Shown: positions 18,865 through 26,746, counted from the stretch's first letter. The stretch is DNA of 32,000 bases from an uncultured Opitutales bacterium (GCA_934660865.1 CAKUIA010000002.1:30001-62000), one strand, 5' to 3'. The notes: generated by a model from the sequence alone, not told the origin. Translations and numbers: made by a program.

Positions 18865-19978
18865 AAATTCTTTGGGCGGGAACGAATTCGACTACATAAA
18901 ACAGGCTGTAGCCAACAACTATCTGCAGGGCGACGGCCAGTTTTCGAAAAAGTGCCACGAGCTTTTGCAGCAGCTTTGTGGCACAAACTGCGCGCTGCTA
19001 ACGTGCTCTTGCACTCTAAGTCTCGAAATGGCCGCAATCCTTGCCGGCATAAAGCCAAACGACGAAGTTATTTTGCCGAGCTTTACATTTGTTTCCACCG
19101 CAAGCGCCTTCGCCCTTAGGGGTGCAAAACTTGTCTGGTGCGATGTAGATTCGTCTACAATGAATATGGACGCCGACTTGCTCGAAAACCTTATAACCGA
19201 AAAGACAAAGGCCATTGTTCCCGTGCACTATGCGGGGGCTGCCTGCGATATGGACAAGATTTGCGCCGTGGCCAAAAAGCACAACATTATGGTTATAGAA
19301 GACGCCGCCCAGGCAATGCTTTCGTACTACGGCAAAAAGCCGTTGGGAACATTCGGCCCGCTGGGCTCGGTAAGCTTTCACGGCACAAAGAACATAGTTT
19401 GCGGCGAGGGCGGCGCGGTTTTGGTAAACGACCAAAAATACGAAGACAAAGCCTACATAATCAGGGAAAAAGGCACAAACCGCCGCAAGTTCCTCAAGGG
19501 CGAAATAGACAAATATACCTGGGTTGATTTGGGCAGCAGCTACCTGCCAAGCGAAATCAACGCCGCCTTTTTGCTTTCGCAACTAGAGCACGCAAAAGAG
19601 CTTACGCAAAAACGCGTGCAAAAGTGGGATATTTACGCAAAAGAGCTTTCGCCTCTCGAAAAATCCGGCAAAATAAAAATAGGCAAAATTCTGCCCAAAG
19701 CCGAGCACAACGCCCACATATTCTACTTTTTAACCGAATCGGAAAAGGTTGCCGATTCTCTTATGAAACACCTTAAGGAAAACGGAATTGCCGCATGCTC
19801 GCACTATGCGCCGCTGCATATGTCTCCGATGGGAGAAAAGTTTTCGGCAAGGGGGCGCCAAAGCCTGCCCGTAACCGAAAAGGCGTATAACAGCCTTGTA
19901 AGGCTGCCCATTTACGCCGACTTGGACGCCGACAGCCAACAATACGTTTGCGAAAAAGTTTTCGACTTCTGGAAATGA
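18845..19978 (+). CDS. DegT/DnrJ/EryC1-family sugar aminotransferase (WecE-like dTDP-4-amino-4,6-dideoxy-sugar transaminase)
   Basis: N-terminus MKVPFNKNSLGGNEFDYIKQAV parallels WecE. PLP-Lys context SFHGTKNIVCGEGG. 377 aa. Start overlaps the lgt 3' end by 20 nt. Confidence 0.88.
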   Translation: MKVPFNKNSLGGNEFDYIKQAVANNYLQGDGQFSKKCHELLQQLCGTNCALLTCSCTLSLEMAAILAGIKPNDEVILPSFTFVSTASAFALRGAKLVWCDVDSSTMNMDADLLENLITEKTKAIVPVHYAGAACDMDKICAVAKKHNIMVIEDAAQAMLSYYGKKPLGTFGPLGSVSFHGTKNIVCGEGGAVLVNDQKYEDKAYIIREKGTNRRKFLKGEIDKYTWVDLGSSYLPSEINAAFLLSQLEHAKELTQKRVQKWDIYAKELSPLEKSGKIKIGKILPKAEHNAHIFYFLTESEKVADSLMKHLKENGIAACSHYAPLHMSPMGEKFSARGRQSLPVTEKAYNSLVRLPIYADLDADSQQYVCEKVFDFWK

Positions 19979-20403
19979 TAAAAATCGTTGCAGTCGGCAA
20001 AATGAAAAACAGGCAGCTCGCCGAACTTGCCGACGAGTACATTAAAAGGCTTGCGCGTTTCGACAAGGTGGAGCTTGTCGAAATAAAAGACTGCACGGTT
20101 GAAAAGGAGGGACAAAAAATGCTCGAGCTTTTGGAAAAGTTTAAAGGCTCGGTTTTTGCGCTCGGCGAAGAGGGGGCGGAATTTACCTCGGAAGAGTTTT
20201 CGAAGCTGCTCGAGAAAAACCCGAACTCGGCCTTTTTGATAGGCAGCGCCTACGGTTTAAGCGGCGGGGCAAAAAGTTTTGCAAAGCAGATTGTAGCGCT
20301 TTCTAAAATGACATTTACGCACGAATTTGCGCGGGCCTTTTTGGCGGAACAGCTTTACAGGGCAAAGAGCATTACTGCAAACACCGGCTACCACCACAAA
20401 TGA
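19975..20403 (+). CDS. rlmH: 23S rRNA (pseudouridine1915-N3)-methyltransferase RlmH (SPOUT)
   Basis: The ORF-track start at 19948 is TTG. ATG at 19975 (ATGA overlap with the wecE-like stop) gives MIKIVAVGKMKN..., the canonical RlmH N-terminus. C-terminal segment MTFTHEFARAFLAEQLYRA. Confidence 0.88.
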   Translation: MIKIVAVGKMKNRQLAELADEYIKRLARFDKVELVEIKDCTVEKEGQKMLELLEKFKGSVFALGEEGAEFTSEEFSKLLEKNPNSAFLIGSAYGLSGGAKSFAKQIVALSKMTFTHEFARAFLAEQLYRAKSITANTGYHHK

Positions 20404-21548
20404 AACTTTTTATTGCAAACGCAAACATTGCCGGCGAAAACGAAATTTTGCCCGATAGCTCGCTTTTGTCCGAAAACGGGCAAATTACCGACTTCGGCAA
20501 AATAAAGGCCCCGAAAGACGCCCAGATAATAGACGCAAAAGGCGCGCTGCTGCTGCCCGCCTTTGTAGACATTCACACGCACGGCTGCCTAAATTGCGAC
20601 TTTTCAGACGGCGACATTTTTGATTTCGAAAAAATCGCCGAGCAAAAGCTTAAAGAGGGCGTTGCCGCAATTTTGCCCACCAGCCTTACTTTGCCCGAGC
20701 CGAAAATAGCCGAATTTTTGCGGGCGTGCGCCGAATATTCCAAAAGCGAAAAGTTTTGCGAATTTTTGGGGGCGCATTTGGAGGGCCCGTTTATAAACAG
20801 TGAATTTGCAGGCAGCCAAAACCCCGAATTTGCAAGACCGTGCGACATATCCGAAATAGACAGGCTAAGGCGAATATACACGATTGCAAAAGTTTCGTAC
20901 TCGATTGAGCAGGACAAACAAAACGGGCTTTTTGCGGCGGAGCTTATAAAGCGCAACATTGTGCCTTCCTGCGCGCACAGCAACGCAACTTTTACGGACT
21001 TTGCAAAGGCGCACGAGCTCGGGCTAAAAAACATAACGCACTTTTTCGACAGGTGCTCGCCCTTTACGCACAGGCAACCGGGCATTGTGGGGGCGGGCTT
21101 GTATTTTAGCGACACCTATTTGGAGCTTATAGCCGACTTTAAGCACGTCTGCAAAGACGCCCTAAAGATTTTGCTTAAGCTAAAAGACAATAAAAAAATA
21201 ATTTTCATAAGCGATTCAATAAGGGCGCAGGCAATGCCCGACGGCGACTACATTATGGGCGGCGTTCCGATAACCCTTAAAAACAACACGGCCCTGGTGC
21301 AAAATAAAGGCGCTTTGGCCGGCAGCGTTTTGGCGTTAAACGAAGCCTTTAAAAACGCTTCTATCGGGCTTGGAATGGGTGTTATAAACGCCTCGAAATG
21401 CCTTTCGTACAACCCGTTAAAATCGCTTGGCATAGAAAATTGCGGGCTTATAAAAAAGGGCTTTAAGGCCAACCTTACCCTTTTAGACGGAAACTGCAAC
21501 GTGCTTTTAACCGCAGTAGGCGGCGTTGTAAAATATCAAAGAATTTGA
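20400..21548 (+). CDS. nagA: N-acetylglucosamine-6-phosphate deacetylase
   Basis: Metal-binding motifs PAFVDIHTHG and AHLEGPFIN; also SCAHSNAT and HFFD. 382 aa. ATGA overlap with the rlmH stop. Confidence 0.9.
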   Translation: MKLFIANANIAGENEILPDSSLLSENGQITDFGKIKAPKDAQIIDAKGALLLPAFVDIHTHGCLNCDFSDGDIFDFEKIAEQKLKEGVAAILPTSLTLPEPKIAEFLRACAEYSKSEKFCEFLGAHLEGPFINSEFAGSQNPEFARPCDISEIDRLRRIYTIAKVSYSIEQDKQNGLFAAELIKRNIVPSCAHSNATFTDFAKAHELGLKNITHFFDRCSPFTHRQPGIVGAGLYFSDTYLELIADFKHVCKDALKILLKLKDNKKIIFISDSIRAQAMPDGDYIMGGVPITLKNNTALVQNKGALAGSVLALNEAFKNASIGLGMGVINASKCLSYNPLKSLGIENCGLIKKGFKANLTLLDGNCNVLLTAVGGVVKYQRI

Positions 21549-21582
21549 CAAACACAGCCATAAGGAGTTTTATTTACGCAAA

Positions 21583-23127
21583 ATGAAATCTTTTTACATA
21601 ACAACAGCTATAGACTATGCAAACGGCTCGCCCCACTTGGGCCATGCCTACGAAAAAGTTTTAACCGACGCAATAGCAAGGTTTAGAAGGCTTAAGGGCG
21701 ACAACGTAAAATTCCTTACGGGCCTGGACGAACACGGCCAAAAGGTGCAGCAAAGCGCAAACAAAGCGGGCATTAGCGCGGCCGAATTTTGCGACATGCA
21801 CGCCGAACAATTTCTGGATATGTGCAAAAAACTGAACATATCCAACGACGACTATATACGCACCTCGCAACCGCGCCACATAAAGGTTGTGCAAAACATT
21901 CTGCAAATGCTTTTCGACAAGGGCGAAATCTATAAAGCCGAATACAGGGGCTTTTATTCTGCACGCCAGGAACAGTTTTTGCAGGAAAAAGACAAGGTAG
22001 ACGGCAAGTGGCCCGAAATTTTCGGCGAGGTTTCCGAAATTACCGAGTCGAACTACTTTTTCAAAATAGGCAAGTATCAAGACTGGCTTATACAATACAT
22101 TAAAGAGCACGACGACTTTATCTTCCCCCGCTTTAGAACAAAGCAGGTTTTGGAATTCCTTAAAGAACCCCTTAACGACCTTTGCATTTCAAGGCCGAAA
22201 GAGCGTCTGCAATGGGGCATAGAGCTGCCTTTCGACACAAACTTTGTAACCTATGTTTGGTTCGACGCGCTTGTAAACTACATATCGGCGGCGGGCTACG
22301 GCACGCCCGATTTCGAAAAATACTGGCCTGCCGACTTCCACGTTATAGGCAAAGACATTTTAGTTCCCCCGCACTCGGTATATTGGCCCATTATGCTGAA
22401 AGCCGCAAACATACCCCTGCCAAAATCGCTTTTAGTTCACGGCTGGTGGCTTTCTTCGGGCGAAAAAATGTCGAAAAGCCTGGGCAACATTGTAAACCCG
22501 CTGGAACTTGCCGAAATGTTCGGCGCCGACGCATTCAGATATTTCCTTATGCGCGAAATGAATGTCGGCCAAGACAGCGACTTTTCGTTCGACTTGTTCC
22601 TTACAAGGTACACTTCCGACTTGGGCAACGACTTGGGCAATTTGGTAAGCAGGCTTTTGAATATGACAAAGCGCTATTGCGAATCGAAAGTGGCCACAGC
22701 CGAAGTAAGCGAAGCCGCCGAAAGCGAGCTTAAAGAGCTTTGGGCAAAAACCGCCCCTCAGGTTATGGACTTGTACGGGCAAATGCAGTTCCACACGGCG
22801 TTGGACAAGATATTTACATTTATCAGAGCCATAAATAGATACGCAGAACAGCGCGCCCCGTGGAAGCTTGCAAAGTCGGCCGAAAGCGCCGACAAAAAGC
22901 TTTTGCTTACAACTTTGGCGAATATGGCCGAAGCCCTGCGTTTGGCGGCCTGCACTCTAAGCCCAGTAATGCCCGAAATAAGCGCAAAAATACTTGACTT
23001 GCTTTCGCTGCCTAAGATTGAAACTTGGGGCGACAACCTAGTATGGGGCAACAGCCTTGAGGGCAAAACGCTTAAAGACCCGGTAATTCTTTTCCCGCGT
23101 CCGCAAAAAGACGAAGAAAAGAAATAG
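21583..23127 (+). CDS. metG: Methionine--tRNA ligase (short form, no C-terminal tRNA-binding appendix)
   Basis: HIGH motif (GSPHLGHAYE), KMSKS motif (GEKMSKSLGN), anticodon-binding helical C-terminus. 514 aa. Confidence 0.95.
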   Translation: MKSFYITTAIDYANGSPHLGHAYEKVLTDAIARFRRLKGDNVKFLTGLDEHGQKVQQSANKAGISAAEFCDMHAEQFLDMCKKLNISNDDYIRTSQPRHIKVVQNILQMLFDKGEIYKAEYRGFYSARQEQFLQEKDKVDGKWPEIFGEVSEITESNYFFKIGKYQDWLIQYIKEHDDFIFPRFRTKQVLEFLKEPLNDLCISRPKERLQWGIELPFDTNFVTYVWFDALVNYISAAGYGTPDFEKYWPADFHVIGKDILVPPHSVYWPIMLKAANIPLPKSLLVHGWWLSSGEKMSKSLGNIVNPLELAEMFGADAFRYFLMREMNVGQDSDFSFDLFLTRYTSDLGNDLGNLVSRLLNMTKRYCESKVATAEVSEAAESELKELWAKTAPQVMDLYGQMQFHTALDKIFTFIRAINRYAEQRAPWKLAKSAESADKKLLLTTLANMAEALRLAACTLSPVMPEISAKILDLLSLPKIETWGDNLVWGNSLEGKTLKDPVILFPRPQKDEEKK

Positions 23128-23169
23128 GCGGCAAAATTTATAATATTGCAAAATTTTTTAAAAATTTTC

Positions 23170-23198
23170 TTGATTTTTTGGAAAATCCGACCGATATT
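23170..23198 (+). promoter_or_regulatory. Sigma70-like promoter candidate inside the metG-dapA spacer
   Basis: TTGATT (23170-23175), 17-nt spacer, GATATT (23193-23198), embedded in an AT-rich tract. Hexamer matching only. Confidence 0.3.
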
Positions 23199-23236
23199 AT
23201 AAACATAATTTTCCTCCCCCATCATATATACAGAAA

Positions 23237-23277
23237 GACAGGCGCTAGTTCGAAAGACTTGCGCCTGTCCCATTTTT
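23237..23277 (+). terminator. Long hairpin with T5 run (intrinsic terminator, or 3' end of a small RNA)
   Basis: 9-bp stem GACAGGCGC(23237-23245)/GCGCCTGTC(23261-23269). After a T/T mismatch, AGT/ACT extend it, and the loop contains GAAA. CCA then TTTTT (23273-23277) follow. Lies 110 nt after the metG stop. Confidence 0.6.
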
Positions 23278-23320
23278 CGGGGAAAGCCCGCGCAGACTAT
23301 TGGCCGCACCTCGGGGAAAG
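23277..23320 (+). repeat. Perfect 10-nt direct repeat TCGGGGAAAG x2, start-to-start spacing 34 nt
   Basis: TCGGGGAAAG occurs at 23277-23286 and again at 23311-23320, read directly from the sequence. Located between the hairpin and the next ORF. Confidence 0.7.
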
Positions 23321-23383
23321 TACCCAGCAAAAAACATACAAAATTTTATAGACACCGCCCTTTTGCGGTAGTAGCGTATTCTT

Positions 23384-23611
23384 ATGTTTTTCAGAAAGAG
23401 GAAAAAGGTATATTATGTTAAAAAGGATTTGCCGTTCGACTTAACCAATCCTCTCGAAAGGCGCAAGAGCATTAGGCAGACAAAATTCACCCGAAGCGAT
23501 ATTCCAGGCAACACGTCGCGCTCGCTGAAAATAATAATATGGCTGGCGGTTTTGCTGGCCCTAATTTGGTTTGCAAGGGAGTGTTTCCTTTCCATAAACA
23601 TATTCCAGTAA
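23384..23611 (+). CDS. Hypothetical small tail-anchored membrane protein (75 aa)
   Basis: ATG ORF in an otherwise empty gap upstream of dapA. Very basic N-terminus (MFFRKRKKVYYVKKD) and one C-terminal hydrophobic helix (LKIIIWLAVLLALIWFA). No Shine-Dalgarno and no recognisable family, so coding status is unproven. Confidence 0.4.
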   Translation: MFFRKRKKVYYVKKDLPFDLTNPLERRKSIRQTKFTRSDIPGNTSRSLKIIIWLAVLLALIWFARECFLSINIFQ

Positions 23612-23659
23612 ATATTTGTTGCCGTGCGCCGAAAATTATTTCAATAATATAAGCTAAAT

Positions 23660-24553
23660 ATGAATAAAATAGATTTTAAGGGAGTTTGGACTGCAATCAT
23701 AACCCCGATGAACGACGACGGCTCGGTAGACTACGCGAGCCTTGAGCAAATGGTAGAACAACAGGTAAAGGCCCGCGTTGCGGGCATTGTTTCGGTTGGC
23801 ACTACGGGAGAATCGCCCACGCTTTCCAAAAGCGAGCACATAGATGTTATAAAACAAACCGCAAAATTTGTAAACAAGCGCATTGCGCTGCTTGCGGGTA
23901 CGGGCTCGAACTGCACGCAGGAGGCGGTACGCTACACAAAAGAGGCCGACATAGACGGCGTAGACGGTTTTCTTTCGGTTGCACCCTACTACAACAAGCC
24001 CAGCCAGGAGGGCGTGTTTAGGCACTTTGCCGAAATTGCAAAGGTTACCGAAAAACCCATTTTGCTATATTCAATTCCCGGCCGCTGCGGCATAGGCATA
24101 GAAAACGACACAGCCATACGCCTAAGGGAGGCATTCCCGAACTTTTGCGCCCTAAAGGAAGCTGGCGGCAAGGTTGAAAAGGTTATAGACCTGCACAAAA
24201 AGGCGGGCGACGCAATTTCGATTTTAAGCGGCGACGACGGCTTGACTTTGGAATTTATGAAGGCCGGCGCGCGCGGCGTTGTAAGCGTAGCCTCGAACCT
24301 TATTCCAGCCGAAATGGTGGAATTTGTAGACCTTATAGAAAACGGCAAATTCGACCAAGCCGAAAAGATAAACGCAAAATACGCAAAATTCTTTAAGGAT
24401 TTGTTTATAGAGCCGAACCCCGTGCCGGCCAAAACGGCGCTGGCTTTTGCGAAGATGATTAAGTCGCCGTTTGTAAGGCTTCCGCTTTGCGAAATGAGGC
24501 CGCAAAATGCCGAAAAACTGTTTAACACATGCAAGGAAATAGGTTTATGCTAA
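23660..24553 (+). CDS. dapA: 4-hydroxy-tetrahydrodipicolinate synthase
   Basis: Motifs GTTGESPTLS and YYNKPSQEG, plus the Schiff-base Lys context CALKEAGG. 297 aa. Confidence 0.93.
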   Translation: MNKIDFKGVWTAIITPMNDDGSVDYASLEQMVEQQVKARVAGIVSVGTTGESPTLSKSEHIDVIKQTAKFVNKRIALLAGTGSNCTQEAVRYTKEADIDGVDGFLSVAPYYNKPSQEGVFRHFAEIAKVTEKPILLYSIPGRCGIGIENDTAIRLREAFPNFCALKEAGGKVEKVIDLHKKAGDAISILSGDDGLTLEFMKAGARGVVSVASNLIPAEMVEFVDLIENGKFDQAEKINAKYAKFFKDLFIEPNPVPAKTALAFAKMIKSPFVRLPLCEMRPQNAEKLFNTCKEIGLC

Positions 24554-25275
24554 AGATATTGCTTAACGGATACAAAGGCAGAATGGGCTGCGCCATTGCG
24601 TCGGCCGCCGCCGATTGCGGTTGCGAAATTGCGGCCAAAACCGATATGGGCGACAACCCGGCCGATTTTATAAACGGCGTAGATGTTGTAATAGACTTTT
24701 CGTTTAGAGACGTCACCCCCGTTTTGGCCAAGCTTTGCGCCGAAAACAAGAAACCCCTTGTTATAGGAACTACGGGCCACTCGCAGGAACAGCGCGCCGA
24801 AATTTTAAAATACACCTCGAAAATCCCCATAGTTTGGGCGGGCAACTATTCGATTGGCGTAAATCTTTTAAACTACCTTACAAAGATTGCCGCCGAAATT
24901 TTGCCCGACAACTACGACATAGAAATTGTGGAAATGCACCACAAGTTCAAGAAAGACGCCCCCAGCGGCACGGCCGACAAACTCCTTAAAATTTGCCAAC
25001 AGGCAAGAGACGTTCCCGACTCGAACGTAAAATACGGGCGTTGCGGCATTACGGGCGAGCGCTCGGCCTGCGAAATTGGCGTGCACTCGCTAAGGGGCGG
25101 CAGCGTTGTGGGCGACCACACCGTTATTTTTGCGGCCGACGGCGAAAGGCTAGAGCTTACCCACAAGGCGGCCGACCGCAAGATTTTTGCCAACGGCGCA
25201 TTGAGGGCGGCAAAATGGGTGGCAGACAAAGCACCCGCTTTGTACGCAATGGAAGACGTTTTAAATTTAAAGTAA
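24547..25275 (+). CDS. dapB: 4-hydroxy-tetrahydrodipicolinate reductase
   Basis: MLKILLNGYKGRMG Rossmann start; ATG 24547 is preferred over ATG 24529 by family N-terminus and the AAGGAAA upstream. Motif EIVEMHHKFKKDAPSGTA. Overlaps the dapA 3' end by 7 nt. Confidence 0.9.
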   Translation: MLKILLNGYKGRMGCAIASAAADCGCEIAAKTDMGDNPADFINGVDVVIDFSFRDVTPVLAKLCAENKKPLVIGTTGHSQEQRAEILKYTSKIPIVWAGNYSIGVNLLNYLTKIAAEILPDNYDIEIVEMHHKFKKDAPSGTADKLLKICQQARDVPDSNVKYGRCGITGERSACEIGVHSLRGGSVVGDHTVIFAADGERLELTHKAADRKIFANGALRAAKWVADKAPALYAMEDVLNLK

Positions 25276-25884
25276 ATGATTGTAGCCATAAAGGGCATTT
25301 TGGCAAAAAGTATGCCGCTTTCGGCTGTTGTCGAAACGGCGTCGGGGCTTTTTTACGAAGTAAACGTTCCCATTACCACGGCGGAACACCTGCCGCGCGT
25401 AGGCGAAAAGGTTTTTCTGCACACTATTGCCGTTTATAAGGAAGATTCCCAAGCTCTATACGGCTTTGCCAACGAAACCGAGCGCGATTTTTTTAAGACT
25501 TTAATTGAAAAAGTTTCGGGCATAGGCCCGAAGATTGCGCTTAACATTTTAAGCAGAATGTCGGTTGAAACCCTAAAGGGCGCCATTGTTGCAGGCGATG
25601 TTTCCCTGCTTTCGAAATGCCCCGGCATAGGCAAAAAAACCGCCGAACGCCTTATTGTTGAATTGCGCGACTTTATGCAAAACCAATCGCTTGCAATTTC
25701 GCCAAAAGGCGGCGAAAGCGGCCCGCAAAATGCGCAAACTTCGGCGTTTTCCGACGCGGTTGCGGCCCTTGTTGCCCTGGGCTACAAATTGGCCGATGCC
25801 GACAAGGCGGTGCGCAAAGCGCAGGACAAACTCGGAAGCAACGCCACAACCGAAGAGCTTATAAAACAGGCCTTTAAAGGGTAG
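25276..25884 (+). CDS. ruvA: Holliday junction branch-migration complex subunit RuvA
   Basis: N-terminal OB domain (MIVAIKGIL...YEVNVP), two helix-hairpin-helix motifs (VSGIGPKIALNIL, CPGIGKKTAERLIVEL) and C-terminal domain III. The start directly follows the dapB stop. Confidence 0.92.
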   Translation: MIVAIKGILAKSMPLSAVVETASGLFYEVNVPITTAEHLPRVGEKVFLHTIAVYKEDSQALYGFANETERDFFKTLIEKVSGIGPKIALNILSRMSVETLKGAIVAGDVSLLSKCPGIGKKTAERLIVELRDFMQNQSLAISPKGGESGPQNAQTSAFSDAVAALVALGYKLADADKAVRKAQDKLGSNATTEELIKQAFKG

Positions 25885-25906
25885 CAAAAGCTTTGGTTTT
25901 TACTGC

Positions 25907-25940
25907 GGGGGAGCTTTTTTGCCTCCCCTTTTTTGTTTTT
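25907..25940 (+). terminator. Rho-independent terminator after ruvA
   Basis: Stem GGGGAG(25908-25913)/CTCCCC(25923-25928) with a T-rich loop, followed by TTTTTTGTTTTT (25929-25940). Confidence 0.75.
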
Positions 25941-26001
25941 CGGAACTTTTACGATAGCATATATTGCGAAACTTTTATTTTTTAAAACTGTCTATATAAA
26001 A

Positions 26002-26667
26002 ATGGCCAAGAACCTTTTATTTTTTACAGTAAAAACGCTTGCCGTATTTGCGGTTTTTTCGCTTTGCGGCTGCATAAGCATGCCCGAAACCGAGCACGAA
26101 ATTATTGCGGGCAAAGAGGAGGCCCAAAGGCTACAGGGCAAGGACATTTCCGACATAAAGCTTGAAACGCCCGACAGCATTTCGAAGAACGACGTAAGCG
26201 TTTTGGGAATCTATAAAAAGCTGAACTTTAACCCCGGTGGCCGCGGAGTATACCAGCAAGCCCTTAGGGACCCCATAGGCGCGCACTACGCAAGAATTCT
26301 AAAAAACCACACTGTTGCCCTTGTAGAAGAGCTTTTCCCAGGCATAGACCCGGTAGACAACGAAGCCGACGCATTCCGCCACGCGTATTTTAGCTTTATG
26401 CTTGCCGACAAAATAGGAACAAAGCGCGCAAAGGCCTTTACCGACGCCTACGAAATTTCATTTCTAAACACGATGGGAGCGCGCTGTATGGATTTGTGGA
26501 ACAACAACGAGGGACGCAAGATGTGCGAAGAATCTAAAAACGACACGGCCCTGCCGCGAAACAAACTGGCCCGACAACTTGTCTTAGACGCCATAAAAAA
26601 CAAGCGCCTTGTATTAAAGCCCTTTGTTTTGGTGGAGACGCCCGAAGGGCAAAAAGCCGCAAAATAG
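26002..26667 (+). CDS. Lipoprotein of unknown function with a DAFRHAY...MDLWNNNEGR motif (DUF6973-like by recollection)
   Basis: The ORF-track start at 25933 is TTG and overlaps the ruvA terminator. ATG 26002 gives MAKNLLFFTVKTLAVFAVFSLCGC, a signal peptide with lipobox. Conserved-looking core NEADAFRHAYFSFMLADKIG...AYE...MDLWNNNEGRKM. Confidence 0.8.
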   Translation: MAKNLLFFTVKTLAVFAVFSLCGCISMPETEHEIIAGKEEAQRLQGKDISDIKLETPDSISKNDVSVLGIYKKLNFNPGGRGVYQQALRDPIGAHYARILKNHTVALVEELFPGIDPVDNEADAFRHAYFSFMLADKIGTKRAKAFTDAYEISFLNTMGARCMDLWNNNEGRKMCEESKNDTALPRNKLARQLVLDAIKNKRLVLKPFVLVETPEGQKAAK

Positions 26668-26685
26668 CTGCAAAATTTTTGGACA

Positions 26686-26730
26686 CAAAAAAATGCTTCG
26701 GCAATAAAACCGAAGCATTTTTTGTTTTTA
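26686..26730. terminator. Bidirectional intrinsic terminator between convergent genes
   Basis: Perfect 9-bp stem ATGCTTCGG(26693-26701)/CCGAAGCAT(26710-26718) with an 8-nt loop. Flanked by an A run upstream and a T run downstream. Confidence 0.8.
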
Positions 26731-26746
26731 GCCTAAAACCAGACAA

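Noticed and set aside
23237-23269. tRNA-like GTTCGAA string in the hairpin loop.
   Set aside because: There is no cloverleaf: no acceptor stem, D-arm or anticodon arm can be drawn around it. The string is simply part of the extended stem and its loop.
22758-23330. 190-aa minus-strand ORF spanning the metG 3' end and the metG-dapA spacer.
   Set aside because: Most of it is antisense to the well-supported metG C-terminus, and the remainder reads through the hairpin and AT-rich promoter-like tract. It has no family resemblance. The only coding-like signal nearby, the strong SD, serves a different frame (the 22-codon micro-ORF reported separately).
23207-23383. Lysine riboswitch (L-box) upstream of dapA/dapB.
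   Set aside because: The position would be logical. However, I could not find the conserved L-box core elements or the multi-helix junction, only one long hairpin and a direct repeat. A cmsearch with RF00168 would settle it.
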